NCBI GenBank assembly: GCA_963843575.1
Contig: CAWJKZ010000013.1
Span: 512,001 to 576,000, forward strand
Reading direction: 5' to 3'
From: an uncultured Acidobacteriota bacterium
Lineage (GTDB): Bacteria > Acidobacteriota > UBA6911
DNA length: 64,000 nucleotides
Below are positions 41,609 through 52,629 of this stretch, in pieces. A model generated the notes under the pieces. The model saw only the letters and a program-made list of their open reading frames with translations. It was not told the DNA's origin and did not search any database. The first letter of the stretch is position 1; every line of letters starts with the position of its first letter. The position numbers and the translations under genes were made by a program.

Positions 41609-42944
41609 AGTCACAACGTCGGATTCGCGCCGACGCCGCCCGTATCTGGACCGCCGCCCTCAAGTCCGTGGACCCTGAGACCGCGGTCAGGAAGTTCGTC
41701 TCGCGTTCGGGGGCGCGGCTCAGAGTGGCCGGGCGCTACTGCGACCTGGACAAGCTGGACAACGTCTGGGTGCTCGGCATCGGCAAGGCCGCGTCTTCGA
41801 TGGCCCGGAGCCTCGAGAAAACGCTCGGCCGGCATCTGTCCGGCGGGATTCTCGTCACGAAGTACGGCCACGGACTCCCGCAGAAAAAGCTCGAACAAAT
41901 CGAGGCGGGGCACCCGCTACCGGACGAAAACGGCGTGGCCGCAGGGCTGAAGATCGCCGAATTTGCGCGACCCGAGTCGGCCCGCGGGACTTGGTGTTCT
42001 GCCTGCTGTCGGGCGGGGGATCCGCTCTCGTGGTCGCTCCCGCGGAAGGCATCTCGCTCGAGGACAAGCTGTCCTGCACCCGGTTGCTCTTGAAGGCCGG
42101 GGCGACGATCCACGAGATGAACGCCATCCGCAAACACGTTTCCACTCTGAAAGGCGGGGGCCTGGCGCGGCTGCTGGCGCCGGCGCGGGTCGTGTCCCTC
42201 ATCCTGTCGGACGTGGTGGGGGACGACCTGGACACGATCGCCTCAGGACCGATGGTGGCCGACTCAACCACCTACGGGCAGTGCCTGGAGATACTGGACC
42301 GGCTCGGGATCGGCGGCGACGTGCCTCAACCCATCCGCCGGCGGCTCGAAGCCGGCGCCGACGGTCGCCTCCCCGAAACCCCGACGCCGGGGGATCCGGC
42401 ATTCCTCAACACCCAGAACGTCATCGTGGGGAACAACGCGCTGGCGTGCAGCGCCGCCGCCCGCGCGGCGGCCCGTCTCGGTTATCACACGATTGTCCTG
42501 ACAACCCGTCTGGACGGGGACACGGGCGAGGCAGCCCGGTTCCACATGCGCGTGCTCGAGGAGATCGTGGCGGCGGGACGGCCCGTCCGCAGGCCGGCCT
42601 GTGTACTGACGGGCGGCGAAACTACAGTCCAGGTCCGCGGTACCGGAACCGGCGGACGCAACCAGGAGTTCGCCCTCCACTGCACCCGGGCACTCGCACG
42701 CCTGGAAGCGCCGTGCCTGGCGGCCAGCATCGGCACCGACGGCACCGACGGGCCGACTGATGCCGCGGGGGCGGTCGCCGACGGCACGACCCTGGCCCGG
42801 TCCATGAAGTTTGGCGCCCAATTCCTCGACGAGTGCCTGCGGCGGAACAACTCCTACGAGTTCTTCAAGCGCACGGGCGATCTCATTGTCACGGGCCCGA
42901 CACGCACCAACGTCATGGACTTGCATGTGCTGCTGGCGGGCTGA
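41605..42944 (+). CDS. Glycerate 2-kinase / hydroxypyruvate reductase, MOFRL family (frameshift near 41970)
   Basis: GIGKAASSMA, EAGHPLPD, LLSGGGSAL, EMNAIRKHVSTLKGGGLA, SDVVGDDLDTIASGP, GGETTV, GGRNQE, GTDGTDGPTDAAG, TGPTRTNVMD. Confidence 0.92.
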
Positions 42945-44036
42945 TCACTTCAGCCGCAGCGCTTCCGCGTACTCCAGCCGGTAGAAATTTAAAAACGACA
43001 GAAAGATGGCGACAACCAGCGGCCCCAGCAGCACGCCGAGAAACCCGAAGACGTTCATGCCGCCGAGAACGCTTAAAAAAACCAGCAGCGGGTGCATGTC
43101 GGTCCGGCCCCGGATGATCATCGGCTTCAGGAAGTTGTCGATCGAGCTGACAAAGAGCCCCCCCACGGCCAGTAGGATGATCGCGCGGGTCGTCTCGCCT
43201 ACCAGCAGCAGGTAGACAAACATCGGGATCCACACCAGGAAGGCCCCCCCTATCGGCACCAGCGATACGAACGCAACCACCGCACCCCAGAACACTGGCG
43301 CGGAAATCCCCAGCGCCAGGAACAATAAGGCGGCGGCGACGCCCTGCACAACCGCGGTGAACAGGGTGCCGAAAAATGTCGCGTAGCTGACGGCCTCGAA
43401 CTTCCGCAGCATCTCGGACTCGTAGGCCGCCGGCAGCGGGTTGGAGGCCTTGACCGCCTCGATCATTCCCGGTCCGTCGCGGAACAGGAAAAACATCGTG
43501 ATGAAGATCATGAAGAAGCTGAAGACCATCCCCCCTACGCCTGCGATGACCGAAGGGCTGCGGGCAACCAGCCAGCGGCTGACGGCCCCGAGTGCTTGCC
43601 GGGCCGAGCCCTCTATCTCCGCCTGGCCCGAGCCGATAACACGCTGCAACTGCGCCATCGCCCAGCGCACCACGGGCTGCCCCTCGTACCGTTGCAGCCT
43701 CGCGGCGAATTCCCCGCTGTCCACTTCACTCTGCAGGGCGTGGTAGATCGAGACGGACTGCTGCGTGACCACCACACCCAGGAGCGAAATGGGGAGGACG
43801 ATCAGGAGCAGGATGATAATGCAAGTGGCGAGCGAGGCCAGGCTCCTGTGGCCGCGACAGAACCGAAGCACCTCGCGGAACACCGGCCAGAACACGACCG
43901 CGAGCACCGCGGCCCAGACGAGTATCGAAAAGAAGGGGCGGAAGATCAGGAAGAGGAAGTACCCGGTAACGAGAAAGCAGACGATGAAGAAAATCAGGGC
44001 GAAACGCGACAAGCCCCGCGGCTCCGAAGCGGTCAT
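42945..44036 (-). CDS. AI-2E family transporter
   Basis: Multiple TMs. FFLFRDG, IDNFLKPMII...MHPLLVFLSVLGG..FGFLGVLLGP. Confidence 0.9.
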   Translation of the reverse strand: MTASEPRGLSRFALIFFIVCFLVTGYFLFLIFRPFFSILVWAAVLAVVFWPVFREVLRFCRGHRSLASLATCIIILLLIVLPISLLGVVVTQQSVSIYHALQSEVDSGEFAARLQRYEGQPVVRWAMAQLQRVIGSGQAEIEGSARQALGAVSRWLVARSPSVIAGVGGMVFSFFMIFITMFFLFRDGPGMIEAVKASNPLPAAYESEMLRKFEAVSYATFFGTLFTAVVQGVAAALLFLALGISAPVFWGAVVAFVSLVPIGGAFLVWIPMFVYLLLVGETTRAIILLAVGGLFVSSIDNFLKPMIIRGRTDMHPLLVFLSVLGGMNVFGFLGVLLGPLVVAIFLSFLNFYRLEYAEALRLK

Positions 44037-44752
44037 CTGGATCGCCCCCTGTCCCGCTGCCCGAGCCGGGGCAGGGCCGGCTGCAGGGCAAGGACCTTGT
44101 CCGCCGAACGGCAGTCCTTCTCCACGGGGCACAGCGGGCACTGCGGCTTCCTCGCCTTGCAGGTCTGCCGGCCGTGGAAGATCGCCTGGTGCGAAAACGA
44201 AATCCAACGCTCTCGCGGCATCAATGCCATCAGGTCCCGCTCGATTTTCTCCGGGGTGTCGGCCGATGTGAGCTCGAGCCTTCGCGCCACGCGGTATACG
44301 TGGGTGTCGACCACCACTCCTTCGGCCTTGCCGAACGCGACACCCAGCACGACATTCGCCGTCTTCCGGGCGACACCGGGGAGTTGCAGGAGCTCGTCCA
44401 TCGTTTCAGGCACCTTGCCGCCAAACCGCTCCAGTATCATGCGGCACGCGCCCTGTATGCTCTTGGACTTGTTCCGGAAGAAACCCGTGGGGCGGATGTC
44501 CTCCTGAAGCTCCTCGGCGGACACGGCCCCGTAATCCGCCGGTGCGCGGTATTTCCTGAAAAGCTCACGGGTGACCTGGTTGACCCGTTCGTCGGTGCAT
44601 TGGGCCGACAGAATCGTGGCGACGAGCAATTCGAGCGCGTTCCGGTGGTCCAGGGCGCAGCGGGCCTCGGGATAGGTCTGGTCGAACGCCCGGAGTATGC
44701 GCGACACCCTCCGGTTCGTCTCCTGCGCGGTGAAGCGGTTTCGCTGGGGCAT
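44033..44752 (-). CDS. nth: Endonuclease III
   Basis: LLVATILSAQCTDERVN, LPGVARKTANVV, VVDTHV, 4Fe-4S motif CKARKPQCPLCPVEKDC. Confidence 0.96.
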   Translation of the reverse strand: MPQRNRFTAQETNRRVSRILRAFDQTYPEARCALDHRNALELLVATILSAQCTDERVNQVTRELFRKYRAPADYGAVSAEELQEDIRPTGFFRNKSKSIQGACRMILERFGGKVPETMDELLQLPGVARKTANVVLGVAFGKAEGVVVDTHVYRVARRLELTSADTPEKIERDLMALMPRERWISFSHQAIFHGRQTCKARKPQCPLCPVEKDCRSADKVLALQPALPRLGQRDRGRSR

Positions 44753-44958
44753 AGTGGTGGCGCATTATAACATCGCCCGCCGCGACTCGGGTATCGGGCG
44801 CCAGGATGCGGGAGCCCAACGACGTCGCACCGGCGGCGCCGGCGGGATTCCCGACGACGGTGTTTTATGGCTCCCCCCGGAAGGTTTTGGGATTTGACTT
44901 TTGCAGCATGAAGTGATAAATAACGTATTCACAAAGGTTTACTGATGCGAGGGAACGT

Positions 44959-45261
44959 ATGAGTGATGAAAAGGCTACGGCCGAAAAAGCGTTGTATTTC
45001 GTGCTCGGCGCGTTCGTGGGAGCGGCGACGGCGCTTCTGCTCGCCCCGCGGACCGGTGAGGAAACCCGCCGCATAATCACCTCGAAGGCACGCGAGGGGG
45101 CGGATTTAGTGGCGAGCCGCGGTAAGGACGTGGCCGACAAGACGTCCGGCTACATCGATCGCGGCAAGGAACTGTTGCAGCAACAGCGTGACCAGCTGAA
45201 CGCGGCACTCGAAGCGGGCAAGCAGGCCTACCGGGAAGAAAAGGACAAGGGCAAGGTTTAA
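44959..45261 (+). CDS. YtxH-domain protein
   Basis: FVLGAFVGAATALLLAPRTGEETR...AALEAGKQAYREEK. Confidence 0.88.
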   Translation: MSDEKATAEKALYFVLGAFVGAATALLLAPRTGEETRRIITSKAREGADLVASRGKDVADKTSGYIDRGKELLQQQRDQLNAALEAGKQAYREEKDKGKV

Positions 45262-45266
45262 CCTTA

Positions 45267-45779
45267 ATGGAAACCCTAGTCACGGTTTTCATCGGTATCG
45301 CGGCATTCGCCTTTCTGTTGCAGGGCGCGGCCCTTTGGGGGTTGAGCCGGTCGATGAAAGGTCTGTCCGCACGGGTAGAGGAAGTCAGCCGTGACTGGGC
45401 GGGCAACGTCGACGCACTTTCCCGGAAGGCGGACAATCTGCTGACGGCGGTCACCGGTGTGGCCGAGAGGGTCGTCACGTTGCAGGACAGCATTTCCGCG
45501 ACCACGGCGGTGATTCAGAAGCGGATCGTCAGTGTCGATGCCTTTCTGGAAGAGACAACCAGCGCCGCCCGTCTTCAGATGATCCGGATCCAGGACTTGG
45601 TGGACACGACCTCCCGGAGAGTCGAGGACACTTTTAAGACTCTTCACCACGGTGTTGTGGCGCCGGTCAACGAAGTTCACGCCGTCATGGCAGGGGCCAG
45701 GGTCGCCCTGAGCCATCTCTTCCGCCGGCGCAAGAACCCACAAAGCAGGTCCCACCAGGACGAAGAGATGTTCATCTGA
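45267..45779 (+). CDS. Membrane-anchored coiled-coil protein (DUF948/YtxG-like)
   Basis: One N-terminal TM then a helical region, ending QDEEMFI. Directly follows ytxH-like gene. Confidence 0.65.
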   Translation: METLVTVFIGIAAFAFLLQGAALWGLSRSMKGLSARVEEVSRDWAGNVDALSRKADNLLTAVTGVAERVVTLQDSISATTAVIQKRIVSVDAFLEETTSAARLQMIRIQDLVDTTSRRVEDTFKTLHHGVVAPVNEVHAVMAGARVALSHLFRRRKNPQSRSHQDEEMFI

Positions 45780-45888
45780 AGCCGGGGGGCGCCCCTCCCC
45801 CGGCTGTTCCGCGAGGCGGGCTCTCCCGGCTCGGCCTGTGTCCTGCCGGGGCGAGTGGTTTGTGCATGGTTCGTCGGGGTAGCCGCCG

Positions 45889-46926
45889 ATGCTTTCGCTC
45901 GCAGTTCTGGCCGCCCTCCTGATCCCGGTCGTGCTTGTCGGCGGCATTCTCGCACTCTTCTGGAAATCGAGGCGCCGCTCGATCGCACGCTGGGCCGCGA
46001 TCAGTTATGCCGCGCTCGCGGCGGTTCTGTTCATCGGCGTGGGACCCTATCTGATGGCGTGGGCACTCGTGCACGCCGGTACGCGGCCCCCCGACCGGGC
46101 TTTGAAGGACACGCCGGGCACCTACGGGGTGCTTTTCGAAGACGTCGTTTTCGACGCCCGCGACGGGGTGCGGCTGGGCGGCTGGTTCGTACCACCGTCG
46201 GGCAAAAACGCCATCGTCATCTGCACACACGGGCTGTTCCGCAACCGCGTCGAAACGCTGGCCAGGATCGTCCCGCTCGCGCACGCCGGTTATGGGGCCC
46301 TGCTCTACGATTCCCGCTCCCATGGCACCAGCGACAAGGCGCTGGTGTCGCTCGGGTACGGCGAAAAGAACGACGTGCTCGGCGCCACGGACTACGTGCG
46401 GCGTCGCTACCAGGACTCCCCCAATCAGCCTGGCATCGTGCTGCTGGGTGTGTCGATGGGCGCGGTGGCCACCCTGGAGGCGGCAGCCGACACGAAGGGA
46501 TACGCGGCGCTGGTCCTGGACAGCCCGTTTTTGAGCCTGAGGGACACGGTGGTGCGTCACAGCTGGCGATTCCTCAAGCTGCCGCGCTACCCGTTCCCGT
46601 CCCTGTTCCTGTTCTGGTTCGAACGCCTGACCGGCGTCGATGCGGGCCGCATCGACTCGCGCGATGCGCTCCGGAAGGCGGAGCCGGTCCCCCTGCTCAT
46701 CATCGCAAGCGAAGGGGACGAGAGGATGGGGGCGGAACCGGCGCGCGCGCTGTACGCCGAGGCGCAGGCACCCTTCAAGAAGCTGGAGGTGTTTGGAAAG
46801 GACGTGCCCCACGGCGCGGCCGCACGTCTTCACCCGGACGAGTACACCGCACTGCTCGCCGGATTTCTCGGCCAGGCACTGCTCAATCCCCCGGGCACGG
46901 GCCCCGCACCCGCCCAGTCAAAGTGA
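45889..46926 (+). CDS. Membrane-anchored alpha/beta hydrolase
   Basis: DGVRLGGWF, HG, YDSRSHGTS, nucleophile elbow GVSMG, C-terminal His (VPHG). Confidence 0.88.
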   Translation: MLSLAVLAALLIPVVLVGGILALFWKSRRRSIARWAAISYAALAAVLFIGVGPYLMAWALVHAGTRPPDRALKDTPGTYGVLFEDVVFDARDGVRLGGWFVPPSGKNAIVICTHGLFRNRVETLARIVPLAHAGYGALLYDSRSHGTSDKALVSLGYGEKNDVLGATDYVRRRYQDSPNQPGIVLLGVSMGAVATLEAAADTKGYAALVLDSPFLSLRDTVVRHSWRFLKLPRYPFPSLFLFWFERLTGVDAGRIDSRDALRKAEPVPLLIIASEGDERMGAEPARALYAEAQAPFKKLEVFGKDVPHGAAARLHPDEYTALLAGFLGQALLNPPGTGPAPAQSK

Positions 46927-47909
46927 CCAGCGCAGAAGCAGGCTGCCGGAGGTGAAACCGGCACCGAAAGTGGCCATCAGGACCAGGTCGCCACGGTGCA
47001 GCGTACCCTGTTCCCACGCCTCGGCGAGCCCGATAGGGATCGTGGCGGCCGTGGTGTTGGCGAAGCGCTCGATGTTGCGGGAGACTCGGCCGGGATCGAT
47101 TCCCAGCTTTTCCACCGCCGCGTCGATGATGCGCATGTTCGCCTGGTGGGGAGCATACAGCGCGACCTCGGAAACCTCGACGCCGTTGCGGGCCAGTATC
47201 TCGGCCGAGACCTCGGACATGCCCTCGACCGCGCTCTTGAAGACCGCGCGGCCATCCTGGTGGACGACGTGCATGTTCTTGCGCACGGTCTCGAGCGTGG
47301 CGGGGTGAAGGCTGCCGCCGCCGGGCATGTACAGGTGCTTTCCGCCCGAGCCGTCACAACGCAGGATGAAATCGAGCACGCCTTCCTCCCCCGGTCCGGT
47401 CGCCTCGAGCAGGACCGCTCCCGCCGCATCGCCAAACAGGATGAAGGTGTTTCGATCCTTCGGGTCCAGTATGGAGCTCATCACGTCGGCGCCCACCACC
47501 AGCACGTTCCGGTAGGCCCCCGAGTGGACAAATTGCGTCGCCGTGCTCAAAGCGAAACAGAAAACCGGCGCAGGCGGCCGAAAGGTCGAAACCCCACGCG
47601 TTGCGTGCGCCGATCTTGTCCTGCAGGACGCAGGCCGTGGAGGGAAACAACATGTCCGGGGTTATGGTCGCGACGATGATGCACTCGACGTCGAGCGGGT
47701 CGATGCCGCGCCGGCCCAGGACTTTGAGCGCCGCCTCCGCCGCGAGATCAGAGGTCGCCACGCCGTCCGGGACAAACCGCCGTCTCCCGGATGCCGGTGC
47801 GCGTACGTATCCATTCGTCCGACGTGTCCAGGGTCCGTTCGAGGTCCCTGTTGGTGACGACGCGGTCGGGGACATGGAAGGCGGCGGCAGTGATCTTCGC
47901 ATTGTACAA
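46918..47909 (-). CDS. fabH: 3-oxoacyl-ACP synthase III (frameshifts near 47790 and 47555)
   Basis: TTG start. DTSDEWIRTRTGI, DLSAACAGF (Cys), ILFGDAAGA, PHQANMRII (His), NTTAATIP (Asn). Confidence 0.93.
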
Positions 47910-48058
47910 ATCGGGTCTCCGGTCGGCTAACGGCGGATTTAAGTACCATCCGGCCCGCGGGAAGTCAACCGCCAGCGCGCGACCACGTGTGCAGTGCAGC
48001 GGCTCGACCTGAACTTTATACACATCTCGATGAAGAGAACGGGGAAAATCCAAAAGCC

Positions 48059-48178
48059 GCCACGGAGGGACACGGAAGAAACACCGAACCCGATTACCTG
48101 CGGGCTGGTTTGCGGCGGCACCGCGGCCCGGGGGGTTCGGACGCGGCCTGGCTGCCGTGTCCTTCAGTGTCTTCCGTG
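48059..48178. repeat. Imperfect inverted repeat of 9/10-nt CACGGAAGA-type tandem units
   Basis: gccacggagggacacggaagaaacac (48059-48084) ... ccgtgtccttcagtgtcttccgtg (48155-48178). Confidence 0.65.
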
Positions 48179-48240
48179 CAGGTTATTGCTTTTCGGCGCT
48201 CGCAGGACCGCCGATGTGGGGGAGGCGCCGCACCTCGGAT

Positions 48241-49775
48241 CTACGAGGGATTCATGACGGAATCGATGCCGGCCAGCACGGATTGCGCCCGAGGGCCAGC
48301 CGTCCGGCCTCGGCGCGGCTGCGCTCGGCGAATGCGGCATCTTTGAGCCCGGCGAGATTGATCAGCACGTTGTACTGCCCGGCCTTCAGCGCCGCGAAGG
48401 CGAGTTGCGCGCCCGCCGCGGCGTCGCTGCGGGCGTTGAGGTTGCCAATCTGCACCAGGAGTTCGAGCCGTTCGAGCACGGCCGCAGCCAGTCTGACGGT
48501 GCGCAGCGGGAGTCTCGGTCGCGTGGCGGGTCGCCGCCTCGAGCGCCTCGGCGCGGCACGGTCTTCTGCTCCTCGGTCTCCCTGGGCAGCTTGAGGGCGG
48601 CGACCACCGCGCCGTAGGCTTCCGCGTCCTCCTGCACGAGCCGCTCGAGCTCCTGTCTCGCCTGCGACAGGGCGGTCCTGGCGTCGCAGACGGCTTCCTG
48701 CACGGCCTCGTACTTTCTTCCGTCCCTCGGTCAGCCCGGACATCATCTCGCCGAGCGCGGCGGCCAGCGCACCCGCCATGGCGGCCACGCTCCCGCCGCT
48801 CCGGGCGCCGGGTCCGGGGCGGCGACGCGCGCCAGCGAAACTCCCGATCCCGTCGCTCGCGCGGTTCGATAGGGCGTCGGCCAGACGGTTTTCGAGGATC
48901 TGGCCGGGGCTGAAACCTTCGAGTCGAAGGTAGTGCTCCGCGCACGCGTCCAGTGCCTTGCGCGGCACGAGGCCGACGATTTCGCTGGAGGTGACCGCGA
49001 CGCCGTAACGCTCCGCCTCGCGGACCACCATCTCGAAGGCGCGGAACACGGGCGTGGCCTCGTAGTTGGTGAGGTTCATCGACACCTGCACCTGGTTGCG
49101 CTCCTTGATCTCGAAGCCGAGGGCCTTGACGTAGCGCAGCCCCCCGGTTGAGTAGCGGACCGCCCGGGCCACGGCCTGCGCCACCTTCACGTCGGCGGTG
49201 CCCAGGTAGACGTTGTAGGCGATCAGCGGGAATCGGGCGCCGACGGCCGTCGCGCCGCCGGACGGGTGGACCTCCGCCGGCCCGAAATCCGGTTTGCGGG
49301 CGGGTTGGCTGCCGATTTCCTCTCGAATCGTTTCGAACTCGCCCCTGCGGACGTGGGAAAGGTCCCGCCGTTCGGGGAGCCGGGCCGATTGTTCGTAAAG
49401 GTAGACCGGCAGCCCGTAGCGCTGCCGCCAGGCGCTCGGCGACCCGCACCGAAAGCGCGACGCACTCTTCCATCCCGACGCCCGCGATGGGAACGAAGGG
49501 GATGACGTCGGCGGCGCCCATGCGTGGGTGCGCACCCTGGTGCTCGCGCAGGTCGATCAGCTCGAGGGCTTTCCCGACCGCCGCCTCCACCCCGGCGGCG
49601 ACTCGCGTCGGGTTCGCCCGCGACCGTGATGACGCACCGGTTGTGCGCGGCGTCCATTTCGGAATCGAGCAGGGCCACGCCGACGGGGGTGGTCAGCGCG
49701 GCCGCCAGCGCATCCACGACCTCCTGTGCGCCGCCCCTCGCTGAAGTTCGGCACGCACTCGACGATCTTTTTCAC
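48241..49775 (-). CDS. ftcD: Glutamate formiminotransferase fused to cyclodeaminase (several frameshifts)
   Basis: KKIVECVPNFSEGR, DAAHNRCV, IDLREHQGAHPRMGAADVIPFVP, QVSMNLTNY, SEIVGLVP, then cyclodeaminase GGSVAAMAGALAAALGEM...GNLNARSDA. Confidence 0.9.
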
Positions 49776-51042
49776 GCCTGCTCCAGTCGGTCGATGACGA
49801 TGTTCCCCTTCTTGATCGTCACGACGCAGTGATTGATGCCCATGAAGTACGGGACCTCGCGGTAATCGGAGACGTCCATGAGCACGATGTCCGCCTGCTT
49901 CCCCTCCTCGATGCTCCCGAGGTGGGCGGAGGCGCCGATGGCGTAGGCGCCGTTGATCGTCGCCGCCGTGACCGCCTCGGCCGGGGTCATCTTCATCTGG
50001 CTGCAGGCGATCGACAGGACGAGCTGCATGTTCATGGTGAAGCAGGAGCCGGGGTTGAAGTCGGTGGCCAGCGCCACCGGGACGCCCGCGGCGATCAGCT
50101 TGCGCGCGGGCGGGTAGCGCGACAGCCCCAGGTTGAAGTGTGGTGCCGGGGAGAAGGGTGGCGACGGTGCCCGCCGGCTCTCAGCGCCTCGATGTCGGAG
50201 TCGTCGACCCACTCGAGGTGGTCCGCGCTCGCCGCCCCAAGCTCGGCGGCGAGCCGCGCGGCGCCGGTGTGGCCCAGTTCCTCCGCGTGCACGCGCAGCC
50301 CGAGTCCGCGCTTCGCGCGCGGCCCGCAGCACCTGTCGCGCCTCGATCGACCGTGAAGTAGCCGGCGTCGCAGAACACGTCGCAGAACTGCGCCAGCTTC
50401 CGCCGGGCCACCTGCGGAATCATCTCATCGACCAGGAGCCGGACGTACTGTTCGCGGGCGTCGCGGAATTCCTCGGGAAAGGCGTGCGCGCCGAGGAACG
50501 TGGGGACGATCTCGAGACTGGCTGCGTCCCTGCAGGGTGGCGAGCGCCTCCAGGCTCTTGATCTCGTCCTCGAGGCTGAGGCCGTAGCCGCTCTTCGCCT
50601 CGATGGTCGTGGTGCCGTGCGAGAGAAACTGCCAGAAGTACCGCTCCGCCCGCTCGACCAGCTGGTTGTGCGTGGCCCCGCGCAGCTGGCGCACGCTGTT
50701 CTGGATGCCTCCTCCCGACGCGGCGATTTCCTGGTAGGTTTTGCCCAGGGCGCGCAGTTCGTACTCGTCGGCACGCGTTCCGGCGAATATGGGGTGGGTG
50801 TGGCGTCCACAAACCCGGGGAGGGCGACCAGGCCTAGACCCACGCCGTCGACGGTCTGGTAGCGCACGCCCGGCTCGCGCACCGGGATGTCGCGCGTCGG
50901 CCCCACCCAGACGATGCGTTGGGCGCGGATCAGGATGGCGCCGTTTTCGATGATGCCGAGGCTGCCCATCTCCTCGCCCCGGCGGGGCAATGGCCCTCCC
51001 CGGAGCGTAACGACCTGAGCGATGTTTTTCAGCAGAGAGCAT
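49772..51042 (-). CDS. hutI: Imidazolonepropionase (several frameshifts)
   Basis: PGFVD.HTHPIFAG.RADE, GTTTIEAKSGYGL, TFLGAH, FCDVFCD, HAEEL, SADHLE, ALATDFNPGS. Confidence 0.92.
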
Positions 51043-51048
51043 ACGGAT

Positions 51049-52200
51049 CTACCTGTTGTGCCGCCGCAGGGCCAGCATCGTGACGTCGTCCGTCAGCTCT
51101 GCGCCCGCGGAGAAATCGAGAATGCCGCGGTACAGCTCCTTCAACCAACCGGAAACATCCGACGAGGCGCGACGTCGCGCCGACTCGAGGAAACGCTGCG
51201 TGTCGTACATTCTGCCCGTCGCGGTCCACGGCATCGGTGGTGCCGTCGGTGGTGAGCAGAAGCGACTCGCCCGCTTCGATCCGGAAAGGGGACTTCGTCG
51301 TAGGACGCCTCATCCATCAGCCCGAGGGGCACGCCCGGGACACACACCCTCGTCACTTCCCCTGCGCGGACCACGAAAGGGTACGGCATCCCCGCGTTGG
51401 CCAGCAGTCCCGCACCGGTGCCCAGACTCGATCCGGAGACAGACCACCGCGATGTAGTTGGACGACGGCCGCGCCGTCAGCGCCCCGTTCAGGAACGCAA
51501 GCGTGTGCGCCGGCGACATCGACTGCGTGAAAACCGTCCGGAGCTGGCCGCTGAACACGGCGCCGTACAGCGCCGCAGGTATCGACTTGCCGGAGACGTC
51601 GCCGACGACGACCTGCAGCACGCCGGTGTCGGGATCGTGACTGAAATCGTAGAGGTCGCCCCCCACTTCCCGCGCCGGGTGGTACTCAACGGCCATGTCC
51701 CAGCCGTCGAGCCGCGGACAGGACGCCGGCAGGATATAGCGCTGGATGTCCCGGGCGATTTCCAGGTCGCGCGCCAACCGTTCGCGCCGGATGAGTTCCT
51801 TGCGGATGCGCGCGTTCTCGACCGCGAGACGGTACGTCTCGAGCCCGCGTTCGACGGTCATCAGCAGGTCGGGCGGGTCCCACGGTTTGACCATGTACCG
51901 GAATACCTTGCAGCCGTTGATCGCCTCCATGAGGACGTCGACGTCGGTGAACCCGGTCAGGATGATGCGCACCGCATGCGGCAGGGGCTCGATGGTCCTG
52001 CGCAACAGTTCGATCCCCGTCATGTCCGGCATTCTCTGATCCGCGACGATCACGGCGATGTTGTCGTTCCTGCTGATCAGCTCGAGCGCCTCGTTGCCGC
52101 TCCCGGCCGCGAGAACTGGGTAGCGGTTGACGAACGTGCGGCGCAGCTTCTGCAGGTTGGCCAGTTCGTCGTCGACTACCAGGATCTTCTCGTCGGACAT
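51049..52200 (-). CDS. Receiver + PP2C (SpoIIE/RsbU-type) phosphatase (C-terminal frameshifts)
   Basis: KILVVDDE...DQRMPDMTG...KPWD receiver. ARDIQRYILP, PAREVGGDLYDF, GDVSGKSIPAAL, TDG, DDVTMLAL. Confidence 0.9.
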
Positions 52201-52284
52201 CGCGGAATCAGGGGAACATGCGCTGTTCACTCTACCGCAAAAACACGTGGCTATCCAATCCCGCGTTTCATTTTCCAGGGCACT

Positions 52285-52564
52285 TGGAGTGACGCGACTC
52301 GGCTCTGCCGAGGGGTCGCGCTCCAGATTATTCCCCGAACCGGACGTAGGGGAATTCGAAGGGCTGCCCGTCGATGCCACGATCCGGCGGGGCGATCCAG
52401 TGCGCGATCTTCCCCGCATCAAGGTGGGCACCTGAGGCTCCGCACGTACGCCTCGGCGCCGCGCCGAATTGCGAGATGCGACCCTGCGACGTCGGCCTTT
52501 GAGGCGCCGAGGCGTCGCCACATAGATCAGATCAAAAGACGTCCGGGCTGAAGCCCGGACCCAC
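52285..52564. repeat. Cluster of GC-rich hairpins / REP-like palindromes
   Basis: Stems at 52285-52325, 52330-52355 and 52448-52515 (ACGCCTCGGCGCC / GGCGCCGAGGCGT), plus GTCCGGGCTGAAGCCCGGAC-CCAC at 52541-52564. Confidence 0.55.
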
Positions 52565-52629
52565 TTGTTTTACGCGCAGGGCGGGCGGTTCAATCGTTGG
52601 ACAGCCTCTATTGCCGGAACGGAGCTTGT

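Noticed and set aside
52127-52435. 102-aa plus-strand ORF across the hairpin-rich spacer
   Set aside because: It overlaps the start of the REC-PP2C gene on the other strand, has no clear RBS or motif, and runs through palindromes.
52201-52629. RNase P RNA, tmRNA or SRP RNA
   Set aside because: I could not find the hallmark sequences (GAGGAAAGTCC, a tRNA-like 3' end with CCA, or TCAGG..GGAAG..AGCAG) on either strand.
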